64,000 nucleotides of DNA from Hydrolagus colliei. Taxonomy: Eukaryota. The stretch spans positions 15,128,001 to 15,192,000 of the forward strand of contig CM068744.1 of the NCBI GenBank assembly GCA_035084275.1, read 5' to 3'. This document shows, in pieces, positions 49,336 through 62,754 of the stretch; position 1 is the first letter of the stretch; the number at the start of each line of letters is the position of its first letter. Made by a program: the position numbers and the translations under genes. Under the pieces are notes generated by a model, which saw nothing but the letters and a program-made list of their open reading frames with translations, made no database searches and was not told the origin of the DNA.

Positions 49336-50529
49336 CTAGTTGATGTTATAGAGTCTATAGAGAAGGGAGAAGGGAATGAAAGAGCAGGGAATTTCTTCCA
49401 CAGTGCTGGGTAACAATCCTCCAAATTAAGTTGATCATTTGTATCATGGCTATTTCTGGGACATTATTGTGCACAAATTGCTGCTGCAATGTGTATGAAT
49501 ACAAATGCAGCATCCTTCTCACTTTACCGTAAATCTTATGAAATACTAGGCCACCTGCAAGCATTATATAAGGACCAATATGTATCATAAAATTGCGCCA
49601 TTATTTCTCATGTATTCACTCAATTTCCTTTTCCCCTCTGCTTTGTGAGAATCCCTGTAATATAATAATCAGAAATTCACTCACAATGAATGTGTAAAAT
49701 GTGCTTTTCTGGATGGTTTCTTTCCTGTGGCTTCAAATTTTCTGCTCAGTGCATCAATTTGACCTAACTTTAGCTTGTAAGATATTATACCGTGACAAAG
49801 TGCTACAACAAATTCAAGCATTATTATTACACGCATTGATGATATATTTGTCATTTTTGCCTTACAATTCAAGAATGCATGAAATTATGGAAAATTCTAA
49901 AATTCAGTCCTAATTTGGAAGCTGGTCAACTTTAAGAGTTTTAGTATGTGGGGAAATAGTCTTGTTTGGAGCTGCAGCATTTTGAAAGTAGCTTTCATAA
50001 TGAAATCAAATTTGATTTCACTGCTGGCAAAATCTGTAAAACAATAAAACACAGATGTAAAAGTAAACTATGTCAAACATGAGTCAAAACCGTGTTGCTT
50101 TTACGTATTATCTTTGAGGGTTTTAGGAATTTTTCTGAGGACAGGCTCTGGCCTACCAGCAATAACTCTTGTAAAATGGTGTTGTTTTCTTAACTCATAG
50201 ACTCAGTGTTTGAATTACACAGAATCAGATTCCAAAAAGACCATGTAAAAGTTTGATGTCCTACTGATGTTCTGATGTTCCTTTTCTTTGATTTATGGAA
50301 ATGTTAAAAATGTAAGTGTTTTTGAGAATTTTTGTGAGACGCCAGTGGAACTAAAATACCTTTTCCATTTGGCACTCAATATCAGTCTCAAGCGCTCTCA
50401 GGTTATGTGTCGGTCAAACCTAATGATTTGTTTCACACCAGGATGACTTTTCTATCTGGGAGCCACCCAGCTTTAACAACAAACCCCTCTTAACTCTTCC
50501 TGACTACACTAATTCTCCATTTAGCACAT

Positions 50530-50900
50530 TAGCTGTCTTATGTGTTGTTCCTCAGGTTTCTGTGTTTAATCCCGTTCTCTTCAATATATGCTCCAACCTG
50601 GAGACATCATCCGTAGATGTGTGGTCAACTTCCATATGTTATCAGACGATACCCAACTGTATCTCTCTGCCTACAGTGAGATACAGTTGGGTATCAAGGA
50701 CCAGGACCACCGCTGTCCTGACAAGTCCTGGATGAGAACTTACTTGCTACAGTTGAGCATCAACTTGACTGAGGCCCTCCTGATTGGCTCCCATGAGCAC
50801 CTTCACACCTAAGGCACCGACAGTATCACCATCCAAAGATGCACACTCCATCTCACTAAGCCAGTCCAGAACCCTGGCATCTTGTTTGACCCTCAATTAG
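50530..50900 (+). mobile_element. L2 RT fragment
   Basis: GDIIRRCVVNFHMLSDDTQLYLS...SWMRTYLLQLSINLTEALLIG. Confidence 0.85.
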
Positions 50901-51284
50901 GTCCAAAGGGGATCTGAGCCCAGTGGGGGATTGAGGTGCAATAGAAAGCTGGTCCAACAGGGAGATAGCACCCACTTGGACACAATGGGCCACCTGGGTT
51001 AATTTTCCTGCCACAGATTTGTCAGCAAAAGACTAATAAAAGATTTGAACTAATGTGCCCAATAATCTGGGATCAGATGATAAATCAAACCAATAGTTCA
51101 CTTCTCATAGATTTCATAAGAGTTTCCAAATTGTAAGTAATGTAATTTAACAACCAAAAGATTATCTTCTCGTTCTTCAGCTTCCAATCGTCCTGTTATG
51201 TATTTCCATAATGTTCTGTTTTATTGTTGTTGTTGTTGTTGTTATCTCTTCAAGGATAGAAGGTTCATGGATATTAACAATCAA

Positions 51285-51710
51285 AGCAACAAATTTGATT
51301 TATATAGCACCCTTCATGCACGGGTGCTGTATCTTGGAGTGCTAAACAGCAGTGGAACCTGACCGTGAGCCAGTGAAAGGGAGAAGTTTATCGTAAGCAG
51401 CATCAAACAGGAAGGTCTTCAATCATGATCTAATAGAGGGGAGGAGTTAAACTGGAGGGATTGAAAAAGATTTGGGGAGAAAGCACGGCTACCGATAGTG
51501 GAGGGACAAGCAGGAGGCCAGAACCAGCCAAGTGGAGACAGCGGGCAGTGCAGTGGAGAGAAAGCAGGTTGGAAAAATAGGGAGGTGGTAGGGCAGTAGG
51601 TAGGAAAGTAGAGAAAGAAAGCGCTGATGGGAGCCAAGGAGTATGGCTTCTATCTTGTCGACGTTCAGCTGCAGGAAATTTGTGTTCATCCAGGCTTTGA
51701 TATCCGACAG
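51285..51710 (-). mobile_element. L2 fragment (type B, internally deleted)
   Basis: MNTNFLQLNVDKIEAILLGS joined to STIGSRAFS and tail. Confidence 0.78.
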
Positions 51711-54042
51711 ATGAGGTGATATGTATACAATGCATTCATTTACAAATGGAGAGCAGAGACTGACAAAAGGAAGTCACTCTTCACAGCGGCAGAGAATATG
51801 GTCAAGCTGTTAATTTATTCTGCTCTTTTCTACAGGCTCCCACATTGTTCATTGTTTTTAAACCTGTGGTGCCTTGTGATCAGTTGCTGGTGCTTAGTGA
51901 GATGGGTCCAAGATGATTCATTCACAAATCTTCTCCTCAATCCCCATTCAGAGAAAGCCCCTTACTTCCACTGGAAACACTGTTTCTTCAACAACTGAAA
52001 CATAATTTAAATTTAAGTTGCAGTGCGGGATGCAAGGGAACTCAGGGGTTTTGGGTGTGCAAATGCTAGAGTTATGTACACAATATTCTATTTACAATTT
52101 CCATGTATGTTTGCAATGCTTTATAACGAATAACCAGTCAAAATATTTGGAGAACAGTGAGAACAATGAATCCTTGATTTGTTTCATGTCCTACCTTCGC
52201 AACCACAAAACCTGGTGTAGTCACAACGGTGGCTGCAAAACTCCAGAAACACTCAGTGGAATAGCAACACAAGCAGTTTAAAAATAGGAAATGCTTTCCT
52301 TTCAACTTGATGAAGGTTCGGTGCTCTTCAATACCACCATGGTTGGGGTTATGCTTATTGAGTACGTTTTTTTTTCAATTTCTATAAACACAACCACAGT
52401 TCTTCTGAAACAACTACTTGTCAGCAGCTCAAATCAAAGCTCTTGTCTGAGAAAATGATTCAAGTTCCAAAACATCAGAATAAATGTTTATCATCTGCTG
52501 ATTTCTTATTGTAATTGTTTGACTTATAATGCTCTCTGGTGCCAACTGTATGATATTATGTCTGACCGTAATGTTTTAAATGTTTGTAACAGTAGCGTAC
52601 TCTGTTTTATTTCATCACATTGTCAGTTTTTCTAATGTGATTCATTAGAATCTGTTGCTGCTTCGGTTTCCAGTGTCAGATGATTTAAAATATCCAAGAT
52701 GCATGTATTCCTTCTTATTAGGTGAGTCTGATTTACAATGTAAGCCCTTTGGATATTTCTGGATTTCAAATGCATTTGGTGCATATTTAAAACTGCAAAG
52801 CTTGTGCACATACAGCCTGCTTGTGTAGGGCACAGTATATTCCTGAAGCAATATACAAATCCAACTGCAAATTAGTTTTAGGCCACGAATGGCAAAACTC
52901 TGGGTAGAGGTCTGCTTTCATACTTAAAATCCACTACTTGGTGTGCGTGTGTGTGTTTGTTTTACAAACCACTTACACGCTTTGGTAAAACTATAAAGGA
53001 GCTTGATACTGCTCTACGCAAAACAATGTCCTCAATATGCTGCCAGATAATGAATGACTGCATACCCCTTCTGCTATGAGACATTTTGGGATAAAAAGCA
53101 TAAAATATAAATCATATTGTTGGTTGTAATAAAGGAATAATTCAGCAGCACTGATAACACATGCAAACTTTTACAGCATTCAATCCAAATAGTGATTCTG
53201 AGCTCTAAATCTGATGTTGCTCACTAGCAACTAGCACAAAGTTGGAGCCAATGTAAGGTTGGAGCTCTGATGACAATATAAATCAACTGATATCTTGTAT
53301 GCTAGTGACATCTCACACTGATTTAATTGAGTCAGAGATTGTGACAGATTTCCAGACAATTGCTATGCTATTATTGCACTGGAACAAAATGGCATTGCAA
53401 TGGTAGACATACCTAAAACTGGAAAGTGGATTCACAAATTCCTAAAAGGAGATTCAATATATTTTCAATTCACACAGACCAGGCTGACGCTTCAATACAA
53501 TGTGCATTGCATTAGTTACAGATCCCATGGACCTATTCGTAACGAGAAGATTGTTTTTCCCCATGTCCTGGTCAACAATCCCCCAAATACAATTGATTTC
53601 ATAGCTGTTTGTGGGACATTGTTGTGAGCAAATTGGCTGTCAAGTACATCTTCAAAATACATTTTTAAAGGTCCTGTCCCCATGAAAGGTGTAAAATCAA
53701 ATGTAGTGAATGTTATTGTAGCACTTTTTCCGCAGTAATGTTACTCATTTTTTTAAAAACAAACAGTTGTGCGGAAGCAATTCATTCTATTTTTAAAGTA
53801 AAACCATTATCTGGTATTGATGGATCTATTGAGCGACGCAATTTGGAATCCTGTAGCATTTATTTGTACTCTCCTAAATAGAGCTCTTCAAGATCCAGCG
53901 TTAAATGCAACATATTTACTGGGATTAATATTGTCCCTAGTTTTGGACAGGGTAATGGGCTTTGAATGAACAAAGAAAGTCTCAGACCAGTTAAATAGGA
54001 AAAGCATGTCACACATTTAAACACAAACTACAGAGAGGCACT

Positions 54043-54150
54043 ACAACAGCAAAATTACATTTGTATAGTACCTTTCACGTCGGGAGGCTGTCCCAAGGTG
54101 CCGGATATTTCAGACCGAGCCGGGGTTGGGATCGGGGAGGGTGGAGGGAA
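54043..54150 (-). mobile_element. L2 3' tail
   Basis: Reverse complement of the type A stem-loop and tail. Confidence 0.8.
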
Positions 54151-55257
54151 CTGGTACAGCAACTGGCATAGCTTGCAGAGAAAAATATTTGGAGGTAAAA
54201 GTAATTAACATTGAGGAAGATGGGAATAAAAAGCATGGAAACAGGTTTCTTTGAAAGAAAGATAAAATTCAAAAAGAAAAAATTGATGGGCAGACATTTT
54301 ATGGGGACAACATCCGGATCACAGTAAAGTGCTTCAGTTGGCCCTCCATCACAATGTTTTAAAAAAATCAGCCTTGTGAGAGAAGGAGACTGTGAGCAAA
54401 GCTTTTGGTTGAGATCATCTTGCAAATGCTGGTGCTGAATTGATAAAAAAAAAGAAGAAATTAACTCCTTGAGAGCCGTTAGTTGTTTTGCTGATTGTGT
54501 GCTCTCTACACTTATTTCCATCGGATTTACCTTTTACATAAATTACATAAAATCTTCAGCACTGAAATAAGCTATTTGGCCCAACTAGTCCATGCCAACA
54601 TTTATACTCAGAGAAGCCTCCCCTCCATTTGGAACTGTTTATGTCACTTGTGGGGTTTGTACACAAGATTTTGCTGCTACCGATCAGCTGATAATTGTTA
54701 ATAATTGTTGCAAAATACACAATGACACATACACTCTCAAACTTCAGACTAGATTGCACTAAACATGGCTTGTTGTTCACTTTGTGGGTTCTTGTTGATA
54801 TACATTTTCTATGAGGGAAGGACTGATAAAGAGAGCAAAGTTTTGGATAGTGGGAGACAAACGTAAAGAGGAGAGTTTGCTTACTGTAACTGTTGTATCT
54901 CACTAAACCTTGCTACAAGGATATTAAACCCTGCATAAACAACTCACAAATCTGTTAGACAAACAGATATTTCAACTGGTGCTTCTCCTTATCCCTGGAA
55001 ATGGGCAAGAAATTCATGTTGGGAAGGACAAAAATGGACACTGGTTCCAGATTACAACTAGTGCTCGGCATGTTCCATGACAAATACTGCAGACAAAATT
55101 GTTTTTGAGTTCAATTCATGTTGGCAGAATCTGCTGCAGTCATTCACCATTAAATGACCTGCGGCCCAGATAACAGCATTGTGATTTGACTCCCAAAGAA
55201 TCCCTAGCAAGATAGCAATAATGTTACTCAAGTTTGAAGAGTAAATATTATTGTCCA

Positions 55258-56250
55258 TCCTTGCTCCCTCTTGGTGATGTCATCCACAGACATGGGGTAA
55301 ACTTCCACATGTATGCGGATGACATCCAAATTTACTTTTCTACCTCAAATTGCGACCCCCAGTCCCCTGATGTTCTGTCAGCCTCTCTGTCAGACATCAA
55401 GAGCGTAAACATCCTGCAATTAAACGTTGACAAGGCGGAAGCCATAGTCTTTGGCTCTTGTCGATGTCTTCATTCCCACGGCTCTCACCTTCTCGAACTA
55501 CCCAACCTGCCTCTAAAATTCCGAATCTATTCACAACATTAGCGTCAGGTTTGATCCCCAATTATCCTTCCTCTCCCGCATCCGGTCCCTCACCAGCACC
55601 ACCTTCTTCCATCTCCGCCACATTGCCCGTGCCACCAATATCTCACCCCAAAAGCTGCCGAAACCCTGATCCATGCCTTTGTCACCTCTCAGCTGGACTA
55701 CTACAATGCTTTTCTCTCTGGTCTCCTCTCCACCACTATTCATAAAATCCAACTCATACAGAATTCCGCCGCCCACATTCTCACCCGAACCAAACTTCCA
55801 GTCCCTGATTACCCCAGTCCTCGCCATACTTCATTGACTCCCTGTCACAGAGCGGATCGACTTCAAGATCCTCACTCTTGTGTTTAAATCCTCCTACTCC
55901 TCTGCATGCCCCCTAACTCTCTAACCTCCTCTCTCCTCACAGCAGTAGCCACTGGCTCTGTTCTACCGGGTCTTGTCTCCTCCTTGTCCCCTGAATCCTC
56001 CACTCCACCATTGGCGGCTCTGCTTTCAATCACTACACCCCAAAACTCTGGAACTCCTTCCCTCAATCCCTCTGCTTCACCCCTTCTTTCTCCATTTTCA
56101 GGTCGCTCCTGAAGACCGTTCTATTCGACTGCACCTTCAGTCACCTTCCCTCTCCCGCTGGCTTGGCTTCAGGTTCTGCTATTGTTAGACGTTCTGAGAT
56201 GCCGTCTAGCTTGGAGGACGCTATATAAATCCAAGTTGTTGTTGTTGTTG
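55258..56250 (+). mobile_element. L2 ~1-kb 3' fragment (type B)
   Basis: LLPLGDVIHRHGVNFHMYADDIQIY through to the (TTG)n tail; frameshifted. Confidence 0.94.
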
Positions 56251-56477
56251 CACACTCCACCTCACAAAGCCCGTCAGGATCCTGGATGTCTAGTTTGACC
56301 CTGAACCGTCCTTTCTCCCCAACATCCGCACCATGACCAGCCTTCCACCACCTCCATAATATTGCCAGACTCTGCCACTGCCTCAACCCTCAGGCTGTCG
56401 AAATCCTCACCCACGCATTCATCACATCAAGGCTTGACTACGGAAATTCCTTCTTTGTTGGCCTTCCCAGCTCTTCC
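56251..56477 (+). mobile_element. L2 ORF2 internal fragment (spacer between the inverted L2 pair)
   Basis: tttgaccctgaac...cacgcattcatcacatcaaggcttgactac. Confidence 0.78.
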
Positions 56478-57482
56478 AACAACAACAACAACAATTTTGA
56501 TTTATATAGTGCCCTCCATGCCGGATGGCGTCTCAGAGCGCTTCACAATAGCGGATCCCGGGATCGAGCCAGGGTCAGGTGTAGAAAGGTGACCAAATGT
56601 GCGGTCGAAGAGAAAGGTCTTCAACTGGGACCTGAAGCTGAGAAAAGGGGGCAAGGCGAAGGTAGTGAGGAAGGGAATTCCAGAGCCTCAAGGCACAGTG
56701 GCTGAAGGCACGGCCGCCGAGGGTGGAGCAGAGGAATCGGGGGACATGGAGGAGGCCAGACCCAGTGGAGTGAAGGCAATGGGAGCTAGTTTGAGGAGAG
56801 AGAAGGTCAGAGAGGTAGGGGGGTACAGAGGAGTGGAGGGATTTGAAGACAAAGGTGAGGATCTTGAAGTCAATCCTCGCTGGGATAGGGAGCCAGTGAA
56901 GTCTGGCAAAGACTGGGATAATGGGGGAGTGAAGTTTGGTGTGGGTGAGTATCCGGGTGGCAGAATTTTGAATGAGTTGGATTTTATGGATTGTGGTGGA
57001 GGGGAGACCAATGAGGAGGGCATTGGAATAGTCCAGCCATGAGGTGACGAAGGCGTGAACCAGGGTTTCAGCGGCTTTTGGGGTGAGGTATTGCCAGAGA
57101 TGGGCGATCTGTCGGAGATGGAAGAAGGCGGTGCTGGTGAGGGACCAGATGTGGGGGAGGAAGGACAGTTGGGGGTCGAACCTGATGCCTAATTTGCGCA
57201 CAGATTCGGAGAGTTTTAGGGGCAGACCGGGAAGGTGGAGGAGGTGAGAACCATGTGAATGGAGATGTTGAGGAGACCCAAAGAGTATGGCCTCTGTCTT
57301 GTCAACATTCAGCTGCAAGAAATTTGCGCTCATCCAGCTCCTGATGCCTGGCATGCAGGCTGACAGAACATGAGGGGACTGGGGGTCGCAAAGTGTAGTG
57401 GAGAAATAGAGTTGGGTGTCATCCGCGTACATGTGGAAGTGTGCCCCATGTCTGCGGATGACATCCCCAAGAGGAAGCATAT
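56478..57482 (-). mobile_element. L2 ~1-kb 3' fragment (type B) with a long open RT C-terminal frame
   Basis: Track ORF 56575-57480 (301 aa): HMYADDTQLY, WMSANFLQLNVDKTE, LDYSNALL, LHWLP, GGRAFS. Confidence 0.96.
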
Positions 57483-57486
57483 AGCT

Positions 57487-57980
57487 GCTCCCTTCACAAG
57501 CTGCAGATCATCCAAAACTCTACAGCCCATATCCTTTTCTGCACCAAGCTCCACGACCCCATCACTCCCACCCTTGCCCAGCTCTATTGGCTCCCCATCC
57601 CCCAGAGGATCGAATTCAAGATCCTCATCCTCACTTTCAAGGTCATCCACAGCCTTGCCCCTTCATATCTCTCCGACCTGCTGACTCCCTGCATAACTGC
57701 CTGCTCCCTCCATTCAGCAGGCTCTGGTCTGCTCTGTGTCTCCCGCCTGACGAGCCCTACCATTGGTGGCCGGACTTTCAGCCTCTCTGCCCCCACACTC
57801 TGGAACTCGATCCCATAGTCCCTGTACCTCGCTTCCTCCCATGCCTTCAAGGCCAATGTCAAGACCCTCCTTTTCAATTGTGCCTTCTGCCATCCTCCCA
57901 CCTCTCTCCCTCCCCACCCCTCCCTGATGCACGGATCCCGACCCCTGACTGTTCAGCGCCTTGAGATGCACGCCTGACAT
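57487..57980 (+). mobile_element. L2 3' fragment (type A), head-to-head with the preceding copy
   Basis: ttcacaagctgcagatcatccaaaac...gactgttcagcgccttgaga. Confidence 0.88.
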
Positions 57981-58829
57981 GTTTGTTGTGTAGTTTATCA
58001 CTAAGATTGATGCTATAGTCTGATCAGTTCAAAATCATTCAGCTGATTGGAGCATTCCAAATCCTCTTACTAATGAAGACAGCAGAAGAGTGTTTCTGAA
58101 CAGCCAAGTCAGAACTAAATTAAGTATTTTCGAAAGAGGATACACTTAATAACATATTCCTTGTGATCACTATTGAAATCTGTGGCTAATGTAATTAACT
58201 TAGATGGGGACAGATCAACCAATTCATGGCCTCATCAAAGCGGTGCATTTCAGAAATGCAATTAATAGGTGTAACTGACCAATAGAGACAAATGGAAATG
58301 GAATTAGTCAATGGGGGACTGTTCAGCATCACAAATAATTTCTTCTGCAGGTCAAGGACTGCCTCAAGAAATTATTTTGGAAATTACCATCAAGCCTCAG
58401 GATATTCCGAGGCGCCTGAGCCTATTAAATTATGGTTACTCGCTGATTTGATTTTTTTTCAAACGCATTATTGTTTTGGAATGTAGAGAGTAAATGTTAT
58501 TACTTTGCAGACCCATAGAACAGTATGTACAGTACTCATTTGGTGATTTGTCAATGCTGTTTCCAGAGCTCATATTCATGCATTAAACACAGTAACAGCA
58601 GGAAATGAAGAACAGAAGGAAGCCATTTGAGCATATGCTGAGTTTGGTTGGTCCACTCAAGCTAACGGGTAGAGTTTAAGATGTACTAGAGTTATTATCA
58701 TCCAGTGTTAACTAGATGGCAGCATTTCCCAAAGTGCTTTCTTCCCTTTCAGATCATAGCATCTGTTCTTTTGTTTAGAAGTTTCAAGCAAGTTTTGGTT
58801 TCGTAATTTGTTGTATAATATTTACAATA

Positions 58830-59032
58830 TTCCACTTTTCTGTGGGTAATAATCCCTTTTAAAAAAATGTAGTCATTCAATCCACAACTGTTTGCAATTG
58901 CCTGCCGCGTTTCGCCCATAAAATATGCAGTCAATTCACTTTAAAGTATATTCTGTGAAGCGCTTTGAGACATCTCGAAAATATTATAAGATGTTATGAC
59001 AAATTCAAGGATGAATAACATTATTATTATTA
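58830..59032 (+). mobile_element. SINE body and tail
   Basis: gccgcgtttcgcccataaaatatgcagtcaattcacttt...gcgctttgagacatc. Confidence 0.8.
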
Positions 59033-59469
59033 GAATCCACCATTGTTCCATTGTGGAGGGTCCAAAATGTCACATTTTTCCCAAGGGTCCCGAGGTCAAA
59101 ACTGATATATAAAAACAATCTAAGAAACCATTCTGACCTACAATTTGCAAAAGAAAAACACTTGCAAAAAAACCCCACTCACTTCAAATTCCTTTAAAAA
59201 GTTGGTCACTAAGGATCTGAAAAGGAAGAGACCACTTATTCAGACAGATGTGCTGTTGGGGAATAGTACATTCCGACAATAGTTTTGAAATGCGGCAAAC
59301 TTTATCCCAATAGTTCCTAATCCAGGTTTCCCATATACTTTTACATTGTTTCTTTTCAAATGCTTCATCAATTCTTTTTCAAATATTGCTCTGGTCTTAG
59401 TTTGTAGCAAAGTATTCTTTGTTCTATTCGTTCTCTGCATAAAAACAAACTAATCTCCCCCTTGACTTT

Positions 59470-59925
59470 TCCAGGTGTCAGCTTGGCTCAGTTGCTAGCA
59501 CTCTCATTTATCGATCAACAGTTGTGGGCTTACTTCCCAAGTCAGAGCATGTCTGCGTTGACAGTACAATACCAGGGAATTGCTGCTTTGTTAGAGGAGC
59601 CATGTTCCAGATGAGACATTAAACAGATGTTCAGAGGGACATTAAACATCCACGACATTATTAGAAATCAAAAGGGAGTTTCACCCGGTGTCCTGGCGAA
59701 CAATCCTACAGATAAATGATAATAATATTGCATTTGATATTGTGTCTTAGACATTGGGGGAATGTCTCAAAGCGCTATACAAGAATTATTGTAAAGTATA
59801 GTGACTGTATTTTGTAAATAAATTGGTTCAAAGCGCTATACAAGAATTATTGTAAAGTATAGTGACTGTATTTTGTAAATAAATTGGTTGTTCACCTCAT
59901 GACTGTTTCTGGGACATTGCTGCCA
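59470..59925. mobile_element. Old Deu-like SINE (plus) followed by a SINE tail (minus)
   Basis: cagcttggctcagttgctagcactct head...gggagtttcacccggtgtcctggc; minus-strand tail at 59715-59925. Confidence 0.65.
59767..59888. repeat. Perfect 61-bp tandem duplication
   Basis: tcaaagcgctatacaagaattattgtaaagtatagtgactgtattttgtaaataaattggt occurs twice, identical. Confidence 0.97.
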
Positions 59926-61124
59926 CAAATCCATTTGACTAAAGAAACAATATGTGCCTTGATATTACTCTTTGAAGTATTTTTAGATGTTCCAACAAAA
60001 GACAATCTTAAATTGATGCCCTTATTAATAATTCACCACTCATCAGGAATAATCCTTTGCTATTTATCCTCCCAAAAAATGTAAAAAATGTTGCAGACAT
60101 CTGTTAGATCCCTTTTAATCCTGTGTGTTGCAATCCAAACAGAATCTTATGTTCTTATGTTCTTTCCAAGCCTCATAACTATAATCCTTCATCTCTGATA
60201 TCAGCGATGTGAAATTGGCTAATTCCCCCTTTATGGGTCTGATGATGTCCTTTGTGACTAGCCTGTCAGTTCTTTACTTTTTGAAAATCCACAAGGCAGT
60301 GCAGTAGTTTCTGAATGCATTTTATTGCTGAGTGCACTAGGTATGTTTCCATAGAGTACGAGTCTATTTCATTATGCATCGTGCTATTCGTGGATTTCAA
60401 AATGCTACAAAAAATGATCAACTTTTTTGCCATTTGAATTATTCTGAACAATATTGTTTGTGTTAGAACTATGCAGGAGTATACGCTTTACAATATTGTT
60501 CAAATAAACCAACAGTAATGAATATGTTCAAAGAAGTTGCAAATCTCTCAAGTTAGGCAAGATGCAGTAAACAATTATACTCACATTCCTAAGGATTATG
60601 GCCTATACTGAATTATTTTATAGCTGCATTTAATTCTCCTGCATTTTTCAATCATTTGGATAATAACCTAATCTATGCATTACAGCCCTTCAAGGCTAGA
60701 GTTGGATCACACGGAAATAATTGGTTCTGGGATCTATGATGTTTCAAAATAGCAATCTTTTCATTACAACTTTAAGATTCTATTAAAGAGACATAGCAGA
60801 AAATTAGGCATATGATAGACCCTTCTGTTTCAATTTCTATTTATTAAATTAGTTGTTCAGAGTCTTGTGATGATACATCTTCTCCCAATAAACCAATCTG
60901 CACAGAAGGTACATTCTCAGGGTGTGTTCAGGTTGGGTTCAAGTTACTTTGAGCTTGCTTTTGTGCTTCTCTGACCTCTTGTAAATTGGTCGACTATGCC
61001 TGGTTATAGTAACAGCGCATGCTTTATTTAGTTGACCCTGGTAGGATTTTCTTTGAACTATTTGGGATAGGTTGCTTAATGTCAGTTAAAATGCAGTTTA
61101 CAGTGAATCTGTCCAATCCAATTA

Positions 61125-61592
61125 TCCTATCTCTGCACCCTTCTTAAACCCTTACAACCAACCCACTCCCTCCACTCAGCAAGCATTGGCCTGCTTCATG
61201 TTTCCTGCCCTGCCTGCCCACCATTTACAGTCAGGCTTTCAGGCTTTCTGTCCCCACTTTCTGGAACCTCATTCTGCTATCAAAAACAACAACAACAAAA
61301 TTACATTTATAGACCACCTTTCACGTCGGGAGGACATCCCAAAGCGCTGAACAGTCAGGTGGGGACCTGAGATCCTTTTGCCTTGCCCCTTCCCTTGTTT
61401 CTTTCAAGGTCCACCTCAAGGCTTTCCTCTTTAATTGTGTCTGCGATCATTTTCTCCCTCTCCCCCAATCCCGTTTCCCCACCATCACTTCTTGAATCCA
61501 ACCCACAGCTCAGGTACAAACCTTCAACTGTCCAGCGCTTTGTCCCATCCTCCAGACATGAATGGCACTATATAAATGCGATTTATTGTTGT
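61125..61592 (+). mobile_element. L2 3' fragment with a nested minus-strand L2 tail (61283-61372)
   Basis: Plus-strand L2 C-terminal sequence is interrupted by (CAA)n and the reverse-complement terminal stem-loop. Confidence 0.82.
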
Positions 61593-61683
61593 ATTCAAAC
61601 TCACTCCCAGCATTGTGTGAACACATTCAACCTGTTCTGTTGTGGGTACAACTTAAAATTTACCAGCCACTGAGTGCGGGCTC

Positions 61684-61919
61684 AGCAATAGTTAGAATGT
61701 TATTGGATATCAACCCATTGATTATCTGTACATTTTTTGCTTTTCCCTTATGTGTTTTCAGCCAAGTTATCTCTTCTAACCTTGTCTGTGCAGGGAATTA
61801 AGCAATAGTTCGAATGTTACTGGATATCAATCTATTGATTATCAGTATATTTGTTTTCTGTAATTTCATGTGTTTTCAATCAAGTGACCCCCTTCCAACC
61901 TTGTCAGTGAGGGGAATTA
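61684..61919. repeat. Diverged ~117-bp tandem duplication
   Basis: agcaatagtt(a/c)gaatgtta(t/c)tggatatcaa...aaccttgtc(t/a)gtg..gggaatta occurs twice. Confidence 0.9.
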
Positions 61920-62754
61920 ACTAGAGAACAGCTGTGTTGAATTTAATTATTTATCACACGCTGCTCCTGTTGTCCCTCCAATCTGCTGTACAACACGTGT
62001 ACTGCGAGAGCAGTGTTCCAAGTAAACACCTTTATTGTCATCAGTTGCACATTCCCCGGATGGCAGCTAAGGGCTCTGCAGTCTGCCAACGAAGCCAAAT
62101 AAGAACACAAAGCTTACTTTGAGCAAAACATTAACAATGTATGTCAGAGAATGGGCAGAAAATGTTTTCATCCCCTTAACTGTGCACATGGGAGTAGGTC
62201 CAAGCCACAGAAGAAGAAAAAATCAATGCAATGTTTCTGTTCAGTGATTTCCATTATAGGGAAGAAAAAAAGCACATATGCATGGACTCAGGCCAGTTCA
62301 GCTACTGTAAGATTTAAAAATTCAATTTAGCCACTTTCAGATGTGTTGGTATTTACAAAGAACCTAATGGAAGCTAAAGTTAGCTATCTGTAATGATTTG
62401 TCCCTCTGCCACATTTCTGAAGTTGTTTGCCTATTTATCTGACTTATAGATTCAACATAAAATACTGTGCAAGAGAGCCATATGACTATTAAAACTTACT
62501 ATACAATTGTATTTAACAGCTCCTTCTCCAGTTTTGCCAACATTTTTCTCAGGATGCGTGATGTGCAGACTCTCTTTATTAAGGCATTTAGCCAGCTGTA
62601 AAACTTAAAAGATGAACAGAATTGCATTAGGACAGACTGGGCTAAGAAAGATGTTTTAGTGCATGTCGTGCAGTTCAAGAAAAAGTTTTGCGGTCAACAC
62701 CGTAGCATTTCTAAATACATTCAGTACCCTAACTGGATTGATTAATTAACTTAA

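Noticed and set aside
56575-57480. 301-aa ORF as a functional or domesticated RT gene
   Set aside because: It is a 5'-truncated L2 ORF2 lacking the endonuclease and the N-terminal RT subdomains, and its last residues appear frameshifted relative to sister copies.
58340-58452. Possible exon after TTTCTTCTGCAG (GQGLPQEIILEITIKPQDIPRRLSLL...)
   Set aside because: Good acceptor but no clear donor, no recognisable protein and no supporting neighbouring exons.
59767-59888. CRISPR-like or regularly spaced repeat arrays
   Set aside because: Only two adjacent units with no spacers. Other repeats are dispersed retroposon copies in eukaryotic DNA.
60279-60401. ~15-bp inverted repeat TTTTGAAA(A)TCCAC
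   Set aside because: Short, AT-rich, no TSD, and the interior does not pair.
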